NCBI GenBank assembly: GCA_020137815.1
Contig: CM035355.1
Span: 3,224,001-3,288,000, forward strand
Length of the DNA: 64,000 bases
Origin: Hormiphora californensis
Lineage: Eukaryota; Animalia; Ctenophora
Reading direction: 5' to 3'
A program made the position numbers and the translations under genes. Each line of letters opens with the position of its first letter. Position 1 is the first letter of the stretch. Shown one piece after another: positions 15,001-44,934 of this stretch. The notes below the pieces were generated by a model. It did no database searches. It saw only the letters and a program-made list of their open reading frames with translations, and was not told the origin of the DNA.

Positions 15001-18000
15001 CGATCTAATTTTGTGCTAAATCGATTCAGCGGGTCCGATTTTGGGGGGGTCGTCTCTTAGACATTTTGCTCTAAGTCTAACCGTTTTTTCAGAAATCGTA
15101 TTTTAAGATTTGAACATGTTTAGCAGAAATAGGTAAGATTAGCTCTAGCTAGAAGCATTTCTGCTAAACATGTACAAACCTTAAAATACGATTTCTGAAA
15201 AAACGGTTAGACTTAGAGCAAAATGTCTAAGAGACGACCCCCCCAAAATCGGACCCGCTGAATCGATTTAGCACAAAATTAGATCGCTAGGACCTACCGT
15301 TTTTGAGATATAGCCATTTTAAGTTTTCCTAAAATATGTGCTTTACAAAAAGAAACCTGTAGGCCACATTTCAAATTCGGACCTCCTGAAAATTTGTGGC
15401 TACTTTGACAATTGTTAGGAGCACCAAATATCCAATTTTTAGCCTTAACGGTCCATAGGAACATGTCCAAATATGGCCTCAAAGTCAAAAAAAGTAAAAT
15501 AGTCTCAGACAAAAAATTGAGCTCCATTTCAAAAAATTTCTGTTTGAGCTATACACCTTGGTATCCTCTATGAATCTCTAAATTTTCAGCTTTCTAGCCC
15601 TAAAAATAAAACTTAGGGACCTTAAAAACCGGTTTTTAGGGTCAAACTTTGAGGGGCTGTAGCAAAAATATGAATTCGAGTTAAGGGCTAAAATTGCATA
15701 TTTGAGGTCGGCTTGGTATACCCTACAACCCCATATGGAGAGCTAAGCGGGCACTCGACAAAAATTTTGCCGAGGTGTACCCTTAATACGGAGAAGACAT
15801 AAAAATACCCCTTTCTGTGGCTCGCGGAGGGGTAATTTTATTACCAATCCCAGGGCCTAGTCTGAACGACCTGGAGGAGTGTGCAGGGGACTATCGGACA
15901 CCAGACAAAGTGGTTAGCGGTTGTAACCTCACCGTGGAAGACAACCACATGTGGTTAGCACCATTACACCCCTGGAACAGAGCATGTGGTTAGGATAGCT
16001 CTGGAGAGGGCCACATCTATCGCTGCCATCAAGGTACCTGCAGGGACTAAACAATTCTCTTAATTGAAAAAAAACTATCAATGTTGTAATCTATAACCAC
16101 TACCATCTCTCTCCAATCCCCCCCTTGGCCCCTTGACATGTTCCCAGTCTGTCGGCTTCCACACCGGGCCGAATGGACAGACCCCCCCCCCCCATGCCAT
16201 ATATCTCCCCCCCCCCCCCTGTTAACTGTACCTCCCGCCTGCAGGTATTCAACTACAATAAAAGTACGGAGGACTCATACCGAGGGGCTAGGAAGATATC
16301 CCTATCTCTGGATGGTACACCTCTCTGTCAGGGCCATCCAATACATCTCAGAAGGGCTCCTGGATCTACAGTTTACGATTTTGGGCAGGTACGTGCTTGT
16401 ACTTGTTTGTTTAAGTGTGTGTTTCAAGTAGATTTCATTACTAGAACAGCACCTGTAATCATGATGTTACGAACAACATTTTGTTTGTTGTGAAAGCTGG
16501 GTGAATTGTTCATTACATACTTTCTTTTTATTCTAAAATGTGTGCGGGAGCAGGAACACAATGTCAGGCAACTCAAAAAGCTGGGACTTGTCACACAGGA
16601 ACTCTTACAATACCCCCCCCCCCTCTTTTCCAGTTGATAGATCTATCTGAGAGCTGGGGTGAAGATGTCCTATCCGATCCCACTATCACAACACCCCTAC
16701 CAACTGGGTTTGTACTGCAAATACAAATCTATAATTCCTGGGGTGATCCCTTCTATGTGGGTCTCAACGAGCTAACACTCTTCGATGAAACAGGTAATAA
16801 AAATAGCCTTGTTCGACCCTCATTCCCCTCCTTAAATACGGTTTTATACCAGGTATATAATCCTCGTTGAAAAGCTAAGCCTAATTTATGTCCTGGTTGC
16901 TCGTTACCTGTCCCTTGCCAGCGCAAAGCAGCTGGAGGGTTACGAATATAACCTGCTTTTTGCTCTATAAAACCAATATTTCAGGAGCTGAGATACCCTT
17001 GGAACCGGGCCAATTATCAGCTGATCCTGAGAGTGTGAACGTGCTCACTGGAGATATTGATGAAGGAGCAGGCGATGACGTCAGAACTCCTGACAAGCTG
17101 GTGAACCATGTGGTGGATGATAATACTGCTCACAACAGCTGGCTGGCACCCTTCCTGCCACCATGCACCAAGGTAGAGAGTTGTTAAAATCAACAGATAA
17201 CAATTATACAATATTGCCTGAGACCCCTTTATGCTTTTTAGACTTTAGTAGTTTTAAAATGCTGGGTGTTATTTGTCTACTCCCCCCCCCCCACCTCAGA
17301 TATACATAGTGTTTGACGTGCCCGTCCTTAACCCCCACCCCCACCTCAGATATACATAGTGTTTGACGTGCCCCCCCCCCACCTCAGATATACATAGTGT
17401 TTGACGTGCCCCCCCCACCTCAGATATACATAGTGTTTGACGTGCCCGTCCTTAACCCCCACCCCCACCTCAGATATACATAGTGTTTGACGTGCCCCCC
17501 CCCCTCAGATATACATAGTGTTTGACGTGCCCCCCCACCTCAGATATACATAGTGTTTGACGTGCCTGTCCTTAACCCCCACCCCCACCTCAGATATACA
17601 TAGTGTTTGACGTGCCCCCCCCTCAGATATACATAGTGTTTGACGTGCCCCCCCCCCACCTCAGATATACATAGTGTTTGACGTGCCCCCCCCCCACCTC
17701 AGATATACATAGTGTTTGACGTGCCCGTCCTTAACCCCCACCCCCACCTCTGATATACATAGTGTTTGACGTGCCCCCCCCCCCCTCAGATATACATAGT
17801 GTTTGACGTGCCCCCCCCCCACCTCAGATATACATAGTGTTTGACGTGCCCCCCCCCCCCCCCACCTCAGATATACATAGTGTTTGACGTGCCCCCCCCC
17901 CCCCCCACCTCAGATATACATAGTGTTTGACGTGCCCCCCCCCACCTCAGATATACATAGTGTTTGACCCCCCCCCCCCACCTCAGATATACATAGTGTT

Positions 18001-18547
18001 TGACGTTCCCCCCCCCCCCTCACCTCAGATATACATAGTGTTTGACGTGCCCCCCCCCCCCCTCAGATATACATAGTGTTTGACGTTCCCCCCCCCCCCC
18101 ACCTCAGATATATATAGTGTTTGACGTGCCCCCCCCCACCTCAGATATACATAGTGTTTGACGTGCCCCCCCCCCACCTCAGATATACATAGTGTTTGAC
18201 GTGCCCCCCCCCCACCTCAGATATACATAGTGTTTGACGTGCCCCCCCCCCCCCCCCCTCAGATATACATAGTGTTTGACGTTCCCGTCGTGGTATCAGG
18301 GCTCCGCCTCCACAACTACAACAAGACGCCTGACAGGGGTGTCCGCCAGTTTGGCGTCCTAATGGATGACTTATTGATCTACCACGGACACCTCCCCCGG
18401 TGGACACCCTCCTCACCACACCAGGACTTTCTGTTCTCAGAACCCTCAGAACCCATGTCAGTGGACGTGGTCAAGGGACTACCCCAGAGTGACTTTTCGT
18501 TTGATTTGAGTGCCCGACCTTTCACATCGCTAGTTAGACCAAAATGA
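1..18547 (+). CDS. KATNIP: Katanin-interacting protein (KATNIP/KIAA0556)-like, multi-exon, 5'-partial
   Basis: Exons joined by eye through GT-AG sites: [13 protein letters not shown]...[11 protein letters not shown] (1-~134), RKGWTH (~3908-3947), [15 protein letters not shown] (~4306-4360), then repeated DUF4457-type motifs [12 protein letters not shown] (~8991-9116), [15 protein letters not shown] (~12260-12369), MWLAPF...WNYNKSR (~12830-12955), [15 protein letters not shown] (~13895-14195), [14 protein letters not shown] (~16634-16792), last exon [30 protein letters not shown] (18263-18547). Recognised from memory of the family. One apparent +1 frameshift near 15964. Confidence 0.88.
322..2712 (-). 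CDS. Arylsulfatase (ARSB/I/J-like), 4 exons, ~534 aa, nested antisense in a KATNIP intron
   Basis: Exons 2712-2521, 2391-2232, 2042-1930, 1461-322 join in frame (1605 nt). Signal peptide, [13 protein letters not shown], formylglycine motif [51 protein letters not shown]. Confidence 0.93.
1533..1643. mobile_element. ~110-bp palindromic MITE in arylsulfatase intron 3
   Basis: tagtaggagacactagcgtggtacgcgcaaaaaaatgcgcgccacac is mirrored by gtggcgcgcattttttttgtgcgtaccacgctagtgtcttctacta around a short loop. Confidence 0.7.
6850..7050 (+). repeat. C-rich intronic minisatellite (acccccacttgacaagaact...poly-C), ~4 copies
   Basis: Direct repeats of ccccacttgacaag near 6847, 6930, 6982 and 7036 (variant). 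Confidence 0.75.
7480..8298 (-). CDS. Orphan rhodopsin-like 7TM receptor (GPCR-like), single coding exon, ~272 aa, nested antisense in a KATNIP intron
   Basis: Seven hydrophobic segments. TM3 ends [12 protein letters not shown] (DRY-equivalent R..I..P), basic KRRASW precedes TM6, TM7 ends [11 protein letters not shown]. First ATG at 8298; the ORF-track start at 8325 is GTG overlapping a tttcag acceptor. Confidence 0.75.
   Translation of the reverse strand: MSKMVPILAFCTTGVLAISSWSIFENIKRRTLSGKLYIIIHVLDVLVLILVTISYGIQNPTQENIILSMARLLIFCAGIWTVILCTVRLIVIASPFYQIKKKLFWLCSIVTMLIYVSVTCVIIMMTAGEPTKNENTFLNQLIISLAIPFPIMATLFGTALAIFILLRKPNPEVPISPEKRRASWNIILVTMVYFFYYLSHLSVYIALFITSSGGQHPTVVGLTIFTWTTYIFHSFTTPYLVIRNEIRDAVMGLVNRCKPTVIVPTERSSHTT
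9500..9712 (+). repeat. C-rich minisatellite (ccctcacacccctctcc) near an intron 3' end
   Basis: Many direct copies before the acceptor at ~9721. Confidence 0.8.
10000..10110 (+). repeat. 20-bp tandem repeat (cacgcggggtgtcacgtgag-type), ~4-5 copies
   Basis: Repeating tcacgcgg...cgtgaggga units; source of the spurious HAGCHVR ORFs. Confidence 0.65.
12378..12484. mobile_element. ~107-bp MITE with TIR aggaaccgaccga
   Basis: aggaaccgaccgaaaca ... tgtgtcggtcggttcct terminal inverted repeats, with two internal ctgattggttg motifs. Confidence 0.65.
13668..13890 (+). repeat. 42-bp minisatellite containing CTAAC, ~5 copies, ending at an acceptor
   Basis: Unit tcaactccctatctcaactctctcaacccctctctaactcta; acceptor acag at ~13894. 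Confidence 0.85.
14505..15782. mobile_element. 1.28-kb foldback non-autonomous DNA transposon, TTAA target site, GG termini (Kolobok-like)
   Basis: ttaa|gggtacacctcggcaaaatttt ... aaaattttgccgaggtgtaccc|ttaa; ~625-bp near-perfect arms around a ~25-bp spacer. The identical 77-aa ORFs on opposite strands reflect the palindrome. Confidence 0.85.
17281..18283 (+). repeat. ~25 tandem copies of the KATNIP last acceptor plus first ~21 nt of the exon
   Basis: Unit (C)n-acctcag|atatacatagtgtttgacgtg; only the last copy (18263) continues into unique coding sequence. Confidence 0.92.
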
Positions 18548-18794
18548 AGGGATTTCGTGTTTTGTTCAAATCCGGGGCGCGTTACTTCATGTGAGAATTG
18601 TTTGTACATATCAGATTGCTGTGCAGAGGAGGCTGTGTATAAATTGGGACTGACAGACTTGTCAAATCAGAGAGAGAGAGATCGAGGGATAAAGCTAAAG
18701 AGTTGAACTGAAATATATATTGGACCACTTTTTGCACTTGTTTTTTTTTCTAATTCTTCTGTTGAAATTTCTTTGTTTTTGGTGTTCTCATTCC

Positions 18795-18858
18795 CTGTAT
18801 GGCGGCGCCATAGCCCATTGATTGACAGTGCACTCAGATGGGTCGCGGCGCCAGACAG
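18795..18858. mobile_element. ~65-70-bp mini-MITE family (ctgt[a/c]tggcg...cgccagacag); other copies at 23380-23444, 43772-43850, 63304-63373, partial at ~11450
   Basis: Shared core tgacagtgcgctcagatggg and short TIRs, in both orientations. Confidence 0.75.
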
Positions 18859-19368
18859 CTCATTCCCAAGTTAAATTCATCATAAAATGTCATCATGCTG
18901 CCACGCATTCTCTCACTCAGTCCTGTTTATGTTTACATTTTATACGGGGCAATCACCATTTCCATCAATGAGTAGCTCTTTCTTAACGGTGAGAGATCAG
19001 TACCGCGAATTATTGATTTATTACGAATGATAATGGGAGAGAGAGTAAAAAAATTGAGAATTCTCCCTCTCTGTGAATGTGTGCTGCCTGTGTGTACGGT
19101 GAATTCAACCAATAGTCGTTCAGTGTGCGCAGTCTACTACTATAGGATTTAGCCAATAGGGTTGCAGTGCGCGCATCACGTGACCATGTCACGTGGTATT
19201 CATCACGCTCTCTCAATGGGTGATCTCATAGATTGGTACGTTGCAAGTGCTCGGCACCCCTTCCCTTTTATTCAGCTCACACTGTGTTTAAATACAGTTC
19301 CGAGTCCTATTTCTAGACTGCACATGCAACTGTGCTCTCTAAGCATCCAATTTGTTCGTTCCTATTAA

Positions 19369-22010
19369 CCCTTTAAGGGCGAGAAGGATTGGCTCGATAG
19401 ATTTTTCTAATTTTTCGTTTATAAGTAGATATTATTACCACAAACTACCTCGAAAAAGAAATTTGAAGTTTCGACATGTAGTTTTTGCTGGGCCCACTGT
19501 GTCATATATGACTCTATCGTCCGTAAGGGAATTCTAGTAACAAATGTCATTTGTGCAAAAGTATGGGTCCAATAGTCAAATTTTATGCTTTGAGGCAGTC
19601 TATAGCTATAATTTCTACAATCTTGAACGGTTTTTACTAGAAAAATACCCCAAATTCTACATTTTGTATCATATATGACTCTATCGTCCCGATTGGTAAA
19701 TTCTCCAAAAACATCCATAACTCGGGCTAGAAAAGGAGCTAAGAGTCAAATCAAGGCACTAAACTGTGTAGAATCATCGCATTAGTGGGGGTAGAGCACA
19801 TATTTAGGTCGCTATCTTGCCCCCTAATTGAGATAATTGGATAAATAGCCAATTATCTGTCCCGCGCATGCTAATAAATAAAACTTTGCTTTGAGAAGGA
19901 GTTATGAGGCAAATGGGGGCACTAAAATGTGTAGAATCATCACATTAGTGGGGTTAGAGCACATATTTAGGTCTCTATCTGGACCCCTAATTGAGATAAT
20001 TTGATAATTAGCTAATTTGTTGCCCTCCAGCACTAAAAAATTAAATTTGGCGGAGTATACAAGACAAATGGGGGCACTAAAATGTGTAAAATCGTCGCCT
20101 TAGTGGGGGCAGAGCACATAGCTGAGTTTCTATTCCCGCTCCTAATTGAGATAATTGGATAATTAGCTAATTGACGGTTGCATAATGCCCCCTTTTCACC
20201 ATATACCGTGGTTTCTGGCTAATCCTGAGCTCTTTTGTTCAATCTAAGGATCTTTTGGCATCCCTTTACTCCATTTGTATCACCTTTGACTCGTTTTACA
20301 CAATAATATAGCACTCTATACAACCCTAGACGCCGACTTCAGCTCTGTACACCCCCCTTGCTTCATCCTACTCCTAGCTAGACCTCTCATACACCATACT
20401 AAACGCCTTCTACAGATCTTCTTTATTTCCGATGGAGTTCATGAGAAGTTTTCTTAGTGACAAATGAGATTGTGAGAGTGATGAGGAGAAATTATGTAGG
20501 AGGAATCTAAACTGTGCGTCCAATAATAAAATGGGAAACTGTAGTACATTAGGGGTTGAACGTCTTGTAGGAGCAATAGGATATCCCAAAAAAAATCGGT
20601 TAGGAAGGTGTATGGATCTCGAAATTATGAGAGGTCTAGGATTAAGCAAGAGGGTTCTAAAGAGCTGAAGGCGGTGTCTAGGGTTGTATAAAGTTCTATA
20701 TATAACTGGATAATTAGCTAATTGACGGTTGCATAATGCCCCCTTTTCACCATAAACCGTGGTTTCTGGCTAATCCTGAGCTCTTTTGTTCAATCTAAGG
20801 CCCTTCTAGCATCCCTTTACCCATTTGTATCACCTTTGACTCGTTTTACACACTAATATATTAGTGTGTAAAACGAGTCAAAGGTGATACAAATGGGTAA
20901 AGGGATGCTAGAAGGGCCTTAGATTGAACAAAAGAGCTCAGGATTAGCCAGAAACCACGGTTTATGGTGAAAAGGGGGCATTATGCAACCGTCAATTAGC
21001 TAATTATCCAGTTATCTCAATTAGGAGCGGGAATAGAAACTCAGCTATGTGCTCTGCCTCTACTAAGGCGACGATTTTACACATTTTAGTGCCCCTATCT
21101 GTCTTGTATACTCCGCCAAATTTAATTTTTAGCGCTGGAGGGCAACTAATTAGCTAATTATCCAATTATCTCAATTAGGGGTCCAGATAGAGACCTAAAT
21201 ATGTGCTCTAACCCCACTAATGTGATGATTCTACACATTTTATTGCCCCCATTTGCCTCATAACTCCTTCCCAAAGCAAAGTTTCATTTATTAGCATGTG
21301 CGGGACAGATAATTGGCTATAAATTATCCAATTATCTCAATTAGGGGGCAAGATAACGACCTAAATATGTGCTCTACCCCCACTAATGCGATGATTCTAC
21401 ACAGTTTAGTGCCCTGATTTGACTCTTAGCTCCTTTTCTAGCCCGAGTTATGGATGTTTTTGGAGAATTTACCAGTTGGGACGATAGAGTCATATATGAT
21501 ACAAAATGTAGAATTTGGGGTATTTTTCTAGTAAAAACCGTTCAAGATTGTAGAAATTATAGCTATAGACTGCCTCAAAGCATAAAATTTGACTATTGGA
21601 CCCATGCTTTTGCACAAATGACACTTGTTACTAGAATTCCCTTACGGACGATAGAGTCATATATGATACAACGACTAAAACGTTAATAACTCATTCAATT
21701 TTCAATATTTTTTGATGCGGTTTTTTGCATTCGATTTGTTATGTCAAGTAGTTTTATCCCTTCAAAGGATTATTTGTGCCCCTCAAAAGCAAAAATTTGA
21801 GAGGGGTTTTTAAAAAAAGGCCTAAATTAGCCTCCCGAGAAGGGCCATAAAAAAATTTCTTTGATTTTCCGAGCAGATTTGGACGTGGTTTTGGGTTCAA
21901 AATCCCTAAAACTAGCTTGTGACAAAAAATTAGCCACCTAGACATCATGTAGCGCCTTCCAGACGGTCTAGAATGGACCGTGTCATATATGACCTATCGC
22001 CCTCAAAGGG
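19369..22010. mobile_element. 2.6-kb non-autonomous piggyBac-like element with large internal inverted repeats
   Basis: ttaa|ccctttaagggcga ... tcgccctcaaaggg|ttaa (13/14 TIR, TTAA on both sides). ~19500-20310 is inverted at ~20860-21670; spacer-less palindrome centred at 20858/20859. Confidence 0.82.
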
Positions 22011-22306
22011 TTAAATCCGGCTTACCGAGTGCTTCTACTAATAGTTCTAGAACATAGTAGCTGTATGTAGAGGTAGACGGCCGTTATAGTCGTTAAGAAG
22101 ATTTGATATCGAGAGATTAGAAACCTTGTCTGGCAATTCCATTTTGTGATAGTTGCCGGAATGTTGTTTTATTCTATTACCCTCTGAGAGAGAGGGTCGA
22201 GTACGAGTAAGGCAGCCATTAGGGGGGGGGGGGTTGCCCGGTAAATCGGGGTCAGACTGTAACCTCTCTCTCCCGTAGTACAGCTGCCGATCAGTATATA
22301 CCCGAC

Positions 22307-42900
<20,594 letters not shown>

Positions 42901-44179
42901 CTGATTGAACATTCTTGTAAACCACCTTGTAATGACAATTCGGTTCTTTGTACTACCACTTAGAGCTGTAACCACCCTTTGTAATGACATGTGTGTGTCT
43001 AGTGTTATATTGTGTAACCATGGCAACTAGCACGCACTGTAACACTCTGTAATACTGTAATCTTAACTTGTTTTGTAAATGTAACACACCTATTGTATGG
43101 AACAATATATATTGACGGAGAGACGCGTGTCAGACATGGTCGGTTTTAATTTGTAATCCAATTTATATACACATAGTATTATTATTATTTTTACACGAGA
43201 ATATACATTACTAGAGCTGTACTTCCGAGAGGAAACATATCCGAGATCCCAAACCAGCTTGGGCAGTGTTTTTATTACAATTTATTGATAACCAACTATT
43301 TATATACTTATACTTATATTCAGCCAGCAGAAACCCTTTTAAAGTTATATTAAATGCAATATGCATACGTTATATTCCCCCATACATGTCTTTCCCACAG
43401 AGACGGCCCATTTTACTGAGAAGAATTATGTGTTTACACTATAATTAGACTATTATCACTAATTAGACACTAATTAGAAGCTATTATCTACCGCGAAATT
43501 CAACCATGAATTAGTTTTATCTGCACGTCGCTAGCAGTACATATGAATATGTAAACTTTTTGAGCACCAAGATATGTGTTAATACTATCTATATATAGCC
43601 ATAAAATTGGCTGTCCCCGATCCCTCATGGGTGTATGTTTTCAGCACGTTTATATGGGGTTTATATCCAGTGTGTTTTGCATTTGTGTTTCATCTGTCGG
43701 GGCATTGTCAGAGAACCGAGATCATCAGATCAGATTGGCCTGACAGTGTTACATGATATTGACTGATCACCTGTCTGGCGCTCCCGACCCCCATCTGAGC
43801 GCACTGGCGCGATTTGAGAATCAAATTGGGGTCTGGTGCCGCCAGATAGCTGTTTATGGTGTGCACAAAAAACACGTAATATGTATTGAGTATTCCATGA
43901 GGGATGCCCATGATTAATTATACAAGTATTTACCCGTAGATTCATTGATCTAGAAAATACATATCCCCTCTTATAATTCTCTCATACTGTGTTGAAATAC
44001 CTTTACACACATTGATCCCACTATACTATACAATTACCAATTTGTTAACAACAACATTTATACACCGATATTTATTAACTTTGTTTGTTAACAGTTAACA
44101 TATACTGTATTCGCGTATTATACTTATAGAACGCGTTATCACCTATGTAGATTAAGAGAAGGAGAGTCGTGCGAGGGAA

Positions 44180-44312
<133 letters not shown>

Positions 44313-44500
44313 AGTGCGAATTATCCGCTGCATATGTAAGTTTAAATTTACCGCATTTACTATTACAATATCACTTATCAAGTTATCATATCTTAAATTC
44401 TCTGTGTTTAATTTTGTAACCTAAACCAAAAGGTAAAACCTAAAACTAAAGTCGGCGCCGATCCGATCTGAACGCCATACAGGTATAACTGAACCTAGAC

Positions 44501-44705
44501 ATGTGGGGGGAGACACACTGAGGTTGGTCGCGCACGTTCAACTCTCAACCGCGTGAAACACACTGAAGTTTCGCAGTAAAGTTCGAAGTTTCGCGAAACT
44601 TAGAACTTTACCGCGAAACTTCAAACCGCGAAACTTCAGTGTGTTTCACGCGGTTGAGAGTTGAACGTGCGCGACCAACCTCAGTGTGTCTCCCCGGCCC
44701 CACAT
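44501..44705. mobile_element. ~200-bp palindromic MITE
   Basis: ggggagacacactgaggttggtcgcgcacgttcaactctcaaccgcgtgaaacacactgaagtttcgc is mirrored at ~44628-44695. Confidence 0.75.
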
Positions 44706-44934
44706 ACCCGGGACTAGCTGTCGTTTGATAGTGTGCTCAGATGGGGCGGTGCCGCCACACAAGGGACCGTGTGAACAAGGGAAACTAAGCACTTTTAAAC
44801 GACAATATAAACGGATTCAAAAACATTATGAAACTTGAAATATACACACACACACATTTACACAGTACTACTAGATACAGGTCAACTCATTCAAATGTCT
44901 ATTGTCTAGATATTTGATACCCCACAATCCTAGA

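Noticed and set aside
14760-15527. Identical 77-aa ORFs on both strands (likewise 19419/21450)
   Set aside because: By-products of inverted repeats; no transposase motifs.
17281-18283. CRISPR-like array of constant repeats with variable spacers
   Set aside because: The spacers are only poly-C length variants, the context is a eukaryotic intron, and there are no cas genes.
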